Assembly (NCBI GenBank): GCA_011389745.1
Contig: JAABTQ010000010.1
Coordinates: 11,645 to 75,644 of the forward strand
Direction: 5' to 3'
Source: Desulfobacteraceae bacterium
GTDB taxonomy: Bacteria; Desulfobacterota; Desulfobacteria; Desulfobacterales; SKZT01
Length of the DNA: 64,000 nt
Shown piece after piece: positions 1-9,845 of the stretch. Under the pieces are notes generated by a model. The model was given only the letters and a program-made list of their open reading frames with translations. It had not been told where the DNA came from and did not search any database. Within the stretch, counting starts at the first letter, position 1. Every line of letters starts with the position of its first letter. A program made the translations under genes and the position numbers.

Positions 1-79
1 GGCGGTATTGAAAAAAACCAACCCTGAAAACCAATCCGTATGAATAATAATTAACGGACAAGAATGATGAGGAAATAAA

Positions 80-901
80 ATGAAAATTGCTCAATTTATT
101 GATAAAGGTTGGATTAGACTTGGACTTATCCTGGACAAGGTTCTTCAGCCGATCAATTTTGATGGGGATATGATGGAATTTTTGAAAAATGGGCGACCAG
201 TTCAACCCATAGGGCCTGCTTTGGCATTATCAGAAGTGAAACTGGCCCCGCCGGTATCTTGCCCTTCCAAGATCATTGCCATCGGTTTAAATTACCTTGA
301 TCATGCTACAGAAGGAAAGACAAAAGCTCCGAAAGTGCCGTTGGTTTTTGCCAAGTTTTCTAACAGTATTATTGGTGCGGCGGATACGATTACCTGGAGT
401 GAGAATATTACCCGAAAAGTGGATTTTGAGGCTGAGCTGGCTGTGGTTGTCGGCGAAAGGATCCGCAATTGCCCGGAAAAAAAAGCCCTGGGGGCCGTCT
501 TTGGCTACACATGCGCCAATGATGTCAGTGCCAGGGATCTTCAATTTGGAGACGGTCAGTGGGTCAGAGGAAAATCTTTAGATACTTTCTGTCCTATAGG
601 TCCATGGATAGTCACTTCGGATGAAATTTCCGATCCACAGTGTCTGAAGATTGAATCCCGTTTAAACGGTGAAGTGATGCAAAGCAGTGACACCGAAAAC
701 ATGATATTTCCGGTTTCTTTTCTGGTCAGTTTTATGTCACGCCATTTTACCCTGTTTCCGGGGGATCTCATATTGACCGGCACCCCTAGCGGGGTGGGTA
801 CTTTTCGGGAACCGTCCGTTTATATGAAAGATGGCGATGAGATTGTCGTGAGCATTGAAAGAATCGGCGATTTGAAAAACCAATGCCGTGTCACATTTTA
901 A
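80..901 (+). CDS. fumarylacetoacetate hydrolase (FAH) family protein
   Basis: 273-aa ORF with FAH-fold motifs GLNYLDHA, FEAELAVVVG and GDLILTGTPSGVG. GAGGAA RBS lies just upstream of the ATG. Confidence 0.85.
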   Translation: MKIAQFIDKGWIRLGLILDKVLQPINFDGDMMEFLKNGRPVQPIGPALALSEVKLAPPVSCPSKIIAIGLNYLDHATEGKTKAPKVPLVFAKFSNSIIGAADTITWSENITRKVDFEAELAVVVGERIRNCPEKKALGAVFGYTCANDVSARDLQFGDGQWVRGKSLDTFCPIGPWIVTSDEISDPQCLKIESRLNGEVMQSSDTENMIFPVSFLVSFMSRHFTLFPGDLILTGTPSGVGTFREPSVYMKDGDEIVVSIERIGDLKNQCRVTF

Positions 902-1051
902 ATAGCAGTGCTTGAATGAAAAGTCCATAATTCCCTCTCCCATCGGGGGAAGGTCAGCTTTCCAATAGATTGACCTTGATATTTAATAAAAAAATACTTA
1001 ACAAAAGACAGGTTGATTAAAACATATATCAAAATATATGGAGATTAGAAA

Positions 1052-1927
1052 ATGGCAACATTTGAAGAAAAGAAGGGTTCCGGTGGTACCGGTTCATGTG
1101 GAGCAGGCGGCGGTTCAGGTATGGCCTCCAAGTTTCAGGATCAGATGATTGAGAGTTCTCTTTCCAAAATTAAAAACAAACTCATTGTCATGAGCGGAAA
1201 GGGTGGTGTGGGAAAAAGCAGCATTGCCGCAAATATCGCGGTTGGGCTTTCCCAAAAGGGTTATAAAACCGGTTTGATGGATGTGGATCTTCACGGGCCT
1301 AGTATCGCGGGTATCATGGGCGTTGAGGGGCTTTTGGAAATTACCCCCGACAAATTTGCCATTCCCAAGTTGGTAAATGGGCTTAAGGTGGTTTCCATGC
1401 AGTCGCTGTTACACAAGGAGGATCGTGACAAGGCTGTTATCTGGCGAGGTCCTGCAAAAACCGGGGTAATTCGCCAATTTATAGGGGATGTTCAGTGGGG
1501 AGAACTGGACTTTTTGGTTATCGACTCTCCTCCCGGAACGGGGGATGAGCCGTTGAGTGTGGCTCAAAGTGTGCCGGATGCCCAGGCAATTATTGTCACC
1601 ACGCCACAGGATGTGGCGCTGTCGGATGTTCGAAAATCAATCAATTTTTGTAAAATCGTCAACCTTAAAATTTTCGGTTTGTTGGAGAACATGGGTCCGT
1701 TTGTCTGCCCGTGTTGTGGAAAGACCATTGAACTTTTTAAGTGCGGAGGTGGTGAAAGGACTGCAAGGCAGATGGGTATTCCATTTTTAGGTACCATCCC
1801 CTTTGATTCCTCGGTGGTTAAGGCCTGTGATATGGGAACTCCGGTGATGGACCAGGATATCAAAGGAGAGTTTTCAAAATCTCTGGATGAAATTGTCAAT
1901 CTTATCGAAAAAAGACTGGCCGTATAA
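1052..1927 (+). CDS. Mrp/NBP35 (ApbC) family iron-sulfur cluster carrier ATPase
   Basis: 291-aa ORF with deviant Walker A GKGGVGKSS, ParA/MinD-like core and a CPCCG motif typical of the Mrp/NBP35 family. Confidence 0.85.
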   Translation: MATFEEKKGSGGTGSCGAGGGSGMASKFQDQMIESSLSKIKNKLIVMSGKGGVGKSSIAANIAVGLSQKGYKTGLMDVDLHGPSIAGIMGVEGLLEITPDKFAIPKLVNGLKVVSMQSLLHKEDRDKAVIWRGPAKTGVIRQFIGDVQWGELDFLVIDSPPGTGDEPLSVAQSVPDAQAIIVTTPQDVALSDVRKSINFCKIVNLKIFGLLENMGPFVCPCCGKTIELFKCGGGERTARQMGIPFLGTIPFDSSVVKACDMGTPVMDQDIKGEFSKSLDEIVNLIEKRLAV

Positions 1928-1937
1928 ATAAAAAACC

Positions 1938-2741
1938 ATGAGCAATGAAGAAATGTTAAAGCAGGGGCTTATGGTTATTGCTCTGGAGGCCCGGCTTAAA
2001 GGTTGTAAAAATGTGATCACTTTGGGAGTCAGGCCTAATTTTTCCGATTATGGTCCGGAAGAATCCGAGCTGATAAAAAAAGCGAAAAAGGTTTATTACC
2101 CGACCGGTTTTTACGCTGATCTTTTTGACGCGGCAGGCAAGAATATATTTCCTAGTTACCATACCTATAAATTTTCTCAGGATAAGATCAAACAAACGGC
2201 GGTGTTTGATCTTTTAGATATTCCCCATCCCCGCACCCGGGTTTTTTACGGCAAAAGGCAAAAGCAAAAGATCGGTGAATATTTTAACTATCCTTTTATC
2301 GCCAAAATCGCAAGGGGTTCGGCTATGGGACGAGGGGTCTTTCTGATAAAAAGCCGACAGGACCTGAATGTCTATTTATCGCTCGGCGGCCCTGCTTATA
2401 TCCAGGAATATTTGCCCATAGACCGTGATCTTCGTGTTGTCGTGATTGGAAAACGTGTGGTTCACGCCTATTGGCGGATAGCACCTGCTGGTGAATTTAA
2501 AAGTAATGTGGCTGCGGGTGCCGGTGTATCTTTTGAAAAAGTCCCCGAGGATTCCATAAAGCTGGCTCTTTTAACCGCTAATGCCTGTGGCTGGAATGAT
2601 GTCGGCATTGATATCTGTTGCCATGATGGTCAGTATTACGTTTTGGAGGGCAACATGAAATACGGAAAAGAGGGATTTCGCCAGGCAGGTATTGACTACT
2701 TGAAATTGATGGAGACTTTGATTGAAAATGGAGAAATTTGA
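1938..2741 (+). CDS. ATP-grasp domain protein (RimK-like ligase)
   Basis: 267-aa ORF. ARGSAMGRGVFLIKS, IQEYLP and DLRVVVIGKRVVHAYWR resemble RimK/ATP-grasp nucleotide-binding strands. Confidence 0.7.
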   Translation: MSNEEMLKQGLMVIALEARLKGCKNVITLGVRPNFSDYGPEESELIKKAKKVYYPTGFYADLFDAAGKNIFPSYHTYKFSQDKIKQTAVFDLLDIPHPRTRVFYGKRQKQKIGEYFNYPFIAKIARGSAMGRGVFLIKSRQDLNVYLSLGGPAYIQEYLPIDRDLRVVVIGKRVVHAYWRIAPAGEFKSNVAAGAGVSFEKVPEDSIKLALLTANACGWNDVGIDICCHDGQYYVLEGNMKYGKEGFRQAGIDYLKLMETLIENGEI

Positions 2742-3921
2742 TGAAAAATTGTCAGATATTATCTATGATGCGGAACTGGATGGGATCAGGACTGCCCTGA
2801 ACCAGAGGGAATCCGCGATTCTTTCCCCTCTGGCGGCGTTTAGTTCTTCATGCTCAAGACGAAGGGAAGAGGAAGAACTGATTAAAGGATACCGTCAAAG
2901 CTTTTCCCTCGATGTTGACCGGATACTTCATTCCCTTGCCTACACCCGCTATATTGACAAAACCCAGGTCTTTTATCTGATTCAAAACGATCATATTACC
3001 CATCGAATGCTCCATGTTCAGCTGGTATCAAAAATCGCCAGGACTATCGGAAGATTTTTGGGATTAAACGAAGATCTGATTGAAGCTGTCGCATTAGGTC
3101 ATGATATTGGCCATACACCTTTTGGTCATGATGGAGAACGGATTTTGTCGGAATTATGTGTGAAAAACAAAATCGGACATTTTCTCCACAACGTTCAGAG
3201 TGTGCAGTTTCTGGAAAGAGTTGAGCGAAAAGGCAGGGGATGGAACCTGTGTCTGCAAACCCTTGACGGTATTTTAAGTCATGATGGTGAAATTCATGAA
3301 CAAAAGTTAAGTCCCCAAAGGATTAAAACCTTTGACAATCTGGATACTGAAATTCTGAAGAAAAAAAAAGACCCTGAACAAAGCCTGGTCCCCATGACCC
3401 TGGAAGGGTGTGTGGTCAGGATGGCCGATACAATCAGCTATATCGGCCGGGATATTGAGGATGCCATTCGCCTGAACCTGATCAAACGCTCGGATATTCC
3501 AAAATCCTGTGTGCGGCTTCTTGGTAATACCAATGGTACCATAGTGTATCATCTGGTGACGGATATTATTAAAAACAGTTTCCATCAGTCTTTCATTGCT
3601 TTTAGCAAAGAGGTTTCAGAGCAGTTGTACCGGTTGAAAGCATTTAATCTGGAACTGATATATATGAATCCCAAGGTAAAGGAACATCTTGGCACAATTC
3701 GCCGTCTTTTTGAGATGCTCTTTGAAAGATTTTTAAACGATATCGAGACCCAAAACCACGAGTCGGTGATTTTTTCTCAATTTTTAGAAAACATGTCCCC
3801 CGGATATATCAATGGGCATGGTTCCCAGGAAATTGTCAGAGACTTTCTGGCCGGTATGACCGACCAGTACTTTATCATGAATTGCCCTAAACATCTGAGG
3901 CCGGAAAAAAATAATTTATAG
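2722..3921 (+). CDS. dGTPase-like HD-domain phosphohydrolase
   Basis: 399-aa ORF with DRILHSLAYTRYIDKTQVF and HDIGHTPFGHDGE, the dGTP triphosphohydrolase family signature. Overlaps the upstream gene by 20 nt. Confidence 0.8.
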   Translation: MKMEKFDEKLSDIIYDAELDGIRTALNQRESAILSPLAAFSSSCSRRREEEELIKGYRQSFSLDVDRILHSLAYTRYIDKTQVFYLIQNDHITHRMLHVQLVSKIARTIGRFLGLNEDLIEAVALGHDIGHTPFGHDGERILSELCVKNKIGHFLHNVQSVQFLERVERKGRGWNLCLQTLDGILSHDGEIHEQKLSPQRIKTFDNLDTEILKKKKDPEQSLVPMTLEGCVVRMADTISYIGRDIEDAIRLNLIKRSDIPKSCVRLLGNTNGTIVYHLVTDIIKNSFHQSFIAFSKEVSEQLYRLKAFNLELIYMNPKVKEHLGTIRRLFEMLFERFLNDIETQNHESVIFSQFLENMSPGYINGHGSQEIVRDFLAGMTDQYFIMNCPKHLRPEKNNL

Positions 3922-3931
3922 CCGATAGGTT

Positions 3932-4660
3932 ATGAAAAAATACCAGGAACGTAAATATCGAAATTTGATCAAAAACAGTAGTCTGTTTTTTTTTAAGGCA
4001 GTTGTTAAAGAAACGGATCTGGCCGTATATGCAAAAAAGCCCATGGAAAAGCTTGCCAGGGATTCGATATTAAAGCATCGAGGATATTTAGAGGCTTACA
4101 TTGACAGATACCCGGAGTTTGCCACAACACTGTTACCGTGGCCTTTATTCGAACCCGCCCCGAAGATTGTCAGAGACATGATATGGGCAGGCCACCAGGC
4201 GGGTGTCGGCCCCATGGCGGCGGTAGCCGGAGCAGTAGCCGAATATGTTGGAACAGACTTATTGGCACAATCATCCGAGGTAATTGTAGAAAACGGAGGT
4301 GATGTTTTTTTAAAAACCAATGGTCCATCCATCGTTGGGATTTTTGCCGGAAAGTCTCTTCTCAATCTTCGCACAGGCATCCGGGTGTATTCGGAAAAAG
4401 AACCCGTATCGGTATGTACGTCATCCGGGACTGTTGGACATTCAAAGAGTATGGGGAAAGCAGATGCCGTATGTGTTGTTTCCCGATCCTGCTGCCTTGC
4501 CGACGCTTTGGCTACGGCTATCGGAAACCTTGTTTCCATGGAAAGCGATATTCCAAAAGGCATCGAATTCGGAAAACAGGTTCCTGGAGTTCAGGGAATT
4601 GTCATAATTGTGGACAGCAAAATCGGTGCATGGGGAGATATTGAGATCGTGAGTATCTGA
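3932..4660 (+). CDS. UPF0280 / ApbE-like family protein
   Basis: 242-aa ORF. Gly/Ala-rich GVGPMAAVAGAVAEYVG segment and overall length resemble the UPF0280 (ApbE-superfamily) proteins of anaerobes. This is a recognition-level call only. Confidence 0.5.
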   Translation: MKKYQERKYRNLIKNSSLFFFKAVVKETDLAVYAKKPMEKLARDSILKHRGYLEAYIDRYPEFATTLLPWPLFEPAPKIVRDMIWAGHQAGVGPMAAVAGAVAEYVGTDLLAQSSEVIVENGGDVFLKTNGPSIVGIFAGKSLLNLRTGIRVYSEKEPVSVCTSSGTVGHSKSMGKADAVCVVSRSCCLADALATAIGNLVSMESDIPKGIEFGKQVPGVQGIVIIVDSKIGAWGDIEIVSI

Positions 4661-4778
4661 GAAAATGGTTGAGTTTTCAGGATAAAAAGTATACTCAATT
4701 AAAGCCGGTGCTTGAGGTTGGATAGAATTGTCCTGATAATATTAAAAATGTCTAATGCTGTTTAAGGGGGAACAGATC

Positions 4779-5198
4779 ATGAAAAAAACCAAAAAGGGAA
4801 AAATTATTTTCTGGATTATTTTTGCAGTGCTAGCCCTTATCTTTTATTTCCAAAACCAGGGTTTTTTCATGACAGACCACAAATTGGGATTAAACCTTTT
4901 TTTCTATGCTTTTAATGGTGTCTCAATGCCCATGGTTCTTTATGTTATAGGCTTCTTTTTTATCGGGTTTCTCATTGCCTTTTTCTTTGGTTTGATCGAT
5001 AAGTTTCGTACAAAAAAACTTATCCAGGATTTGAACATGAAACTCGATGAACAAAATAAAATGCTGACTTCGCAAAAAAATGAGGTAGACAGATTAAGAG
5101 AGATTTTGCGAGAAAATCCGGAGATGAAATCCGACGTCAGTGATACCAAAGGAATTGAATCGGTTCCGCGATCTGCGGGTTTTGAAAATAAAAGTTAA
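4779..5198 (+). CDS. LapA/DUF1049-like membrane protein with C-terminal coiled coil
   Basis: Start moved to the ATG at 4779, preceded by AAGGGGGA. Two hydrophobic helices are followed by a charged heptad-like tail (LNMKLDEQNKMLTSQKNEVDRLREIL). Confidence 0.5.
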   Translation: MKKTKKGKIIFWIIFAVLALIFYFQNQGFFMTDHKLGLNLFFYAFNGVSMPMVLYVIGFFFIGFLIAFFFGLIDKFRTKKLIQDLNMKLDEQNKMLTSQKNEVDRLREILRENPEMKSDVSDTKGIESVPRSAGFENKS

Positions 5199-5223
5199 CA
5201 GTATCCAATATTGAACCCTGCCT

Positions 5224-7836
5224 ATGGCTGCTGAAAAAACAACTCCCATGCTCGAGCAGTATTTGGCCATCAAGGGTGAATACGCTGATTCCATATTATT
5301 TTACAGAATGGGAGATTTCTATGAAATGTTTTTTAAGGATGCGGAAGTAGCCTCCAAAGTACTGGAAATTACTCTAACATCCAGAAATAAAAACGACAAA
5401 AATCCTGTTCCAATGTGCGGTGTGCCTGTGAAGGCAGCCAAGAGCTATCTGGCCAAACTGATAAATCAAGGCTATAAAGTAGCTATATGTGACCAGGTTG
5501 AAGACCCCTCCGAGGCAAAAGGGCTGGTCAAGCGTGATGTGGTTCGGGTGATTACACCCGGAATGCTTATTGAGGATGAACTTTTAGATTCCAGCACCAA
5601 CAATTTCATACTTGCAGTGTGTTATCATAAAAAAACTGCCGGTATCGCTTATATGGATTTATCCACTGGTATCTTCAAAGTTTGCGAATCCGAAGAAGGT
5701 TTCAACCAGGTTATCGACGAGGTATTAAGGATCAATCCGAGTGAGGTGCTTATACCCGAAGCCTTAAAAAATGATTCGATTTCAACCCGTATCGCCGATG
5801 CTTTGCCGCAGATTTCCATTTCGCATATTCCTGACAGGGCTTTTGAATATGCAAGAGCTCGTGAGTGGCTTCTGGAACAATTCAAGACTTTTTCTCTGGA
5901 GGGTTTCGGGTGTGAGCGGATGAAAGCCGGAGTCAGTTCCGCCGGAGCGGTTCTGTTTTATGTTCGGGAGACACAGAAACAGAAGGTGAGTCATCTGGCC
6001 AACATCGAACCCTACATGTTGAACCAGTTTCTTATCGTGGATGATATCAGTTGCCGTAATCTGGAACTTTTACAAAATATTCGCTTTGGCAGCCTTCAGG
6101 GAACGCTGCTGACTGTTTTGGATAAAACTTCCACTTCTATGGGCGGAAGGCTTATAAGACAGTGGATTCGCTATCCTCTTATTGAGCGGGAAAAAATCCT
6201 GGCACGGCTGGACGCGGTTCAGGAAGGTAAAGAAAAAAATGATGTCCGAAAAGCTATCCGTGAACAATTAAAATCGGTTTATGATCTGGAACGTCTGGGA
6301 AGTAAAGTTTCCATGGGCCAGTCAAACGCCCGGGATCTGATAGCCCTTAAACGATCTATAAAAAGCCTTCCTGGAATTTTTTCTAAAATAGTGACTCTTG
6401 AAGCCGCACTTTTCAGGTGGGATCACTATCCGGAACCATTATACCAATTGGCTGATTTGCTTGAAAAGGCAATCCGGGAAGATGCTCCTCCGGTCATCAA
6501 TGAAGGGGGGATGATCAAGCAGGGGCATAATGAGCGTCTGGATGAACTGATTCGCATAAGCACGGATGGAAAAGGATTTTTGGCGCAACTGGAGGCTACG
6601 GAAAAAAGTAAAACAGGAATCAATTCCCTGAAAGTTCGCTATAACAAAGTTTTCGGCTATTATATCGAAATCCCTAAAACACATTCTCAATCGGTTCCTG
6701 ATCATTATGTTCGAAAACAGACTCTTGTCAATGCTGAACGCTATATTACCGATGAGCTCAAAATCTTTGAAAATAAAGTTCTTGGAGCCGAAGAGCAGCG
6801 GGCAACCCTGGAATATGAAATTTTTAACGGCATAAGAAAGGAAGTGGCCCGGGAAAATAAAACGATTCAGCAAGTATCGCAATTCCTGGCAATGCTTGAT
6901 TGTGTGATGAACCTTGCGGAAGTCGCCGAACAAAATAGGTACCACCGCCCCGGTATCAATACTGAGGGAATTATTTGCATAGAGGAGGGAAGGCACCCGG
7001 TGGTGGAAAAAATGATCACCGGAGAAAGGTTTGTGCCCAATTCTATTAAAATGGATAACCATCAAAGCCAGATTCTGGTCATCACCGGCCCTAACATGGC
7101 TGGAAAATCCACGGTGCTCCGGCAAGTGGCTTTAATTGTTCTGATGGCACACATGGGAAGTTTCGTGCCTTCTCAAAAGGCGGACATTTCAATCACAGAT
7201 CGGATTTTTACAAGAGTAGGCGCACTGGATAACCTGGCTCAGGGACAAAGTACTTTCATGGTGGAAATGGAGGAAACCGCCAATATCTTAAACAATGCAA
7301 CAGAAAAAAGCCTCATTGTTTTAGATGAGATCGGACGGGGGACAAGTACTTTTGACGGCTTGAGCATTGCCTGGGCTGTAGCGGAATACCTTCATGACTT
7401 GAATCATTCCGGTGTCAAAACTTTATTTGCTACCCATTACCACGAATTAACGGATCTAGTATTGACAAAGCAAAGGGTGAAAAATTACAATATCGTGGTC
7501 AAAGAATGGAATGATGAAATTATTTTTCTGAGAAAACTTGCCGAAGGGGGCACAAACCGAAGCTATGGTATTCAGGTGGCAAGGCTCGCCGGAATCCCCG
7601 AAAAGGTGATTAAACGCGCTAAAGTAATTTTAAAGTGTGTTGAGGATGGCGAAAACAGTCTAAAGAGCCTTGCATCCAGAGAAAAGGAAAAAAAAGGTCC
7701 GGTTCAGTTGCATCTTTTCCGTAGTTCTGATCAGGAGGTAATTTCTAAAATTCAAAGAATGGATGTTAATCAGTTGACACCCATCGAGGCACTTAATCTT
7801 TTAAATGAATTCAAAGACAAGCTGAAAGAACAATAA
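5224..7836 (+). CDS. mutS: DNA mismatch repair protein MutS
   Basis: 870-aa ORF. N-terminal TPMLEQYLAIKGEYADSILFYRMGDFYEMFF mismatch-binding motif, Walker A GPNMAGKST and DEIGRGTSTFDG. Confidence 0.97.
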   Translation: MAAEKTTPMLEQYLAIKGEYADSILFYRMGDFYEMFFKDAEVASKVLEITLTSRNKNDKNPVPMCGVPVKAAKSYLAKLINQGYKVAICDQVEDPSEAKGLVKRDVVRVITPGMLIEDELLDSSTNNFILAVCYHKKTAGIAYMDLSTGIFKVCESEEGFNQVIDEVLRINPSEVLIPEALKNDSISTRIADALPQISISHIPDRAFEYARAREWLLEQFKTFSLEGFGCERMKAGVSSAGAVLFYVRETQKQKVSHLANIEPYMLNQFLIVDDISCRNLELLQNIRFGSLQGTLLTVLDKTSTSMGGRLIRQWIRYPLIEREKILARLDAVQEGKEKNDVRKAIREQLKSVYDLERLGSKVSMGQSNARDLIALKRSIKSLPGIFSKIVTLEAALFRWDHYPEPLYQLADLLEKAIREDAPPVINEGGMIKQGHNERLDELIRISTDGKGFLAQLEATEKSKTGINSLKVRYNKVFGYYIEIPKTHSQSVPDHYVRKQTLVNAERYITDELKIFENKVLGAEEQRATLEYEIFNGIRKEVARENKTIQQVSQFLAMLDCVMNLAEVAEQNRYHRPGINTEGIICIEEGRHPVVEKMITGERFVPNSIKMDNHQSQILVITGPNMAGKSTVLRQVALIVLMAHMGSFVPSQKADISITDRIFTRVGALDNLAQGQSTFMVEMEETANILNNATEKSLIVLDEIGRGTSTFDGLSIAWAVAEYLHDLNHSGVKTLFATHYHELTDLVLTKQRVKNYNIVVKEWNDEIIFLRKLAEGGTNRSYGIQVARLAGIPEKVIKRAKVILKCVEDGENSLKSLASREKEKKGPVQLHLFRSSDQEVISKIQRMDVNQLTPIEALNLLNEFKDKLKEQ

Positions 7837-7852
7837 AAAATATTAAAATAAC

Positions 7853-7921
7853 GCCTGAACGAAAACTCCCCTTCCAGTGAAAGCGGCTGGGGGGAGGGAA
7901 TTATTGACTTTTTGTTCAGGC
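7853..7921 (+). other. long nested stem-loop downstream of mutS
   Basis: GCCTGAAC (7853-7860) pairs with GTTCAGGC (7914-7921). Inner arms are CTCCCCTTCCAG / CTGGGGGGAG. There is no clear U-tract. Confidence 0.35.
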
Positions 7922-7970
7922 ATAAAACACTTATTTTGATATGACTCATGATTTGAACCAGGATTCAAGG

Positions 7971-9821
7971 ATGAAAACCAATAGGGGATTTTTGAAAATA
8001 TCGTTTGTGTATTTGGCCGTATTAATCGCCATATTAATGGTAATGCCCCCATATGTGACTGCTCTCAGTTCAAAAGATAAATATCTGATAGCCGAAAGTT
8101 GTTATAAGAAGCTCAGGCAAGATCCATCCAGACAAAAATATCGCCACCAATGGATGATGTGTATCAGTAAGTATCAGGAGGTTTTCAGAAGCGATCCTAA
8201 TGATCCCTGGGCCGCGGCAGGACTTTACATGACCGGCTTGCTCTATCATGACCTTTTTAAAATGTCAGGTTTGCCATCGGACCAGAGGGAAGCCAATGAT
8301 ACATTCCAAAGGATCATCAAACGGTATCCTTCAAGCAGATACAAGCAAAAGGCAATAGATCATCTTAAAAATACTGTTCCGGATAAAAACAATGATGAGC
8401 TCCCCAAAAAGTTGACGCATCCGGCATCACAAGATTTACCTTCGGACCATGAGGAGGTATGGAAATCAGAGGCTTTACCGGATATTGCTGCGGTGATTGA
8501 AGCAGACATCAGGGGGGAATCGGATAAAAAAATTATTATGCACAAAAAAAGTTTGAAGAAACAAACACGTAAAGAGTTGTCTTCAGACCGTAAGGCGCCT
8601 CCGGTTTTTGACCCTTTATCCGATCAGGTTCTTAATTCTGAAACAGAAAATTATCGCAACCCACAAAAAACATCGGATAAAAATTCGACCTTTGTTACCG
8701 GGCTTCGCTACTGGTCAAACCCGAATTACACCCGCTTGGTTATCGATGCTGATGGCGATACTCCATTTGAAGAACACCTGTTAAAACCTGATCCGGCACT
8801 CAATACACCCCGGAGACTCTATGTAGACCTGGCCAATGCGCGACTAGGAAAAGATATGGAAAAGATTGTGCCGATCAACGACGACCTTTTGAAAGATGCC
8901 AGAGCGGGGCAGTATGCGCCGAAAACGGTCCGGGTCGTTGTAGATATTAAAACTTTTTCAAAGTATAAAATATTTCCGCTTAAAAACCCTTTCCGCATTG
9001 TCATTGATGTCTGGGGTACCGCCGACAGATCTTCGGAATTGGTATCAGTGCCCGGTAAAATACCCATACCAGGAGATGAAAAGGTCGGGCCCGGTACTTT
9101 GGCGCGCCAGCTTGCATTGGGTGTGAGTCGTATAGTCATTGATCCTGGTCATGGTGGAAAAGATTTTGGGGCACCGGGTTATATCAAGGGGGTTCATGAA
9201 AAAGAGATAGTTCTCCAGATTGCAAAAAAGCTTGCCAAAAAGATTCAAAACGAGCTTGGGTGCAAGGTTTATCTTACCCGTAGCGATGATCGTTACCTGA
9301 CCCTTGAAGAGCGTACTGCAATTGCAAATACCAGAGAAGCGGATCTGTTCATATCGCTTCATACCAATGCCCATAAAAATAGTAAAGCATATGGTATCGA
9401 GACATATTTCTTAAACCTTGCCACCGATGATGAAGCTATTCGAGTGGCCGCCATGGAAAACGCCACATCAAGAAAAAATATCAGCGACCTTCAGACGATC
9501 CTGACCGATCTTATGCAAAACACCAAAATCAATGAATCAGCAAAATTGGCCTCCTTTGTTCAAGGTTCCCTGAATGAAACTCTGAGCAAACGGTATGACC
9601 GGATCAATAATAAAGGAGTCAAACAGGCTCCTTTTTACGTGCTCCTTGGAGCCCAGATGCCTGCTGTTCTTGTCGAAACCGGATTTATCAGCAATGCTTA
9701 CGAATGCAAACGTCTTTTAAGTCCTGAATACCAGGATCATATCTGCAGTGCCATTGTCAACGGAATACGTCAATACATAAAAGACACTAACCCAGCTGCG
9801 ATATTGACTAGTGTTCCTTAA
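7971..9821 (+). CDS. N-acetylmuramoyl-L-alanine amidase (AmiC-like) with TPR-like N-terminus and AMIN domain
   Basis: Start placed at MKTNRGFLKISF..., which has a signal-peptide-like hydrophobic stretch. AMIN-like GLRYWSNPNYTRLVIDAD; Amidase_3 motifs VIDPGHGGKDFGA, SLHTNA and VLVETGFISN. Confidence 0.85.
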   Translation: MKTNRGFLKISFVYLAVLIAILMVMPPYVTALSSKDKYLIAESCYKKLRQDPSRQKYRHQWMMCISKYQEVFRSDPNDPWAAAGLYMTGLLYHDLFKMSGLPSDQREANDTFQRIIKRYPSSRYKQKAIDHLKNTVPDKNNDELPKKLTHPASQDLPSDHEEVWKSEALPDIAAVIEADIRGESDKKIIMHKKSLKKQTRKELSSDRKAPPVFDPLSDQVLNSETENYRNPQKTSDKNSTFVTGLRYWSNPNYTRLVIDADGDTPFEEHLLKPDPALNTPRRLYVDLANARLGKDMEKIVPINDDLLKDARAGQYAPKTVRVVVDIKTFSKYKIFPLKNPFRIVIDVWGTADRSSELVSVPGKIPIPGDEKVGPGTLARQLALGVSRIVIDPGHGGKDFGAPGYIKGVHEKEIVLQIAKKLAKKIQNELGCKVYLTRSDDRYLTLEERTAIANTREADLFISLHTNAHKNSKAYGIETYFLNLATDDEAIRVAAMENATSRKNISDLQTILTDLMQNTKINESAKLASFVQGSLNETLSKRYDRINNKGVKQAPFYVLLGAQMPAVLVETGFISNAYECKRLLSPEYQDHICSAIVNGIRQYIKDTNPAAILTSVP

Positions 9822-9845
9822 TTCGGCAACTATTTTTAAAGACTC

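Noticed and set aside
6439-7125. 228-aa antisense ORF inside mutS
   Set aside because: It is antisense to a near-textbook MutS sequence, with no recognisable domain.
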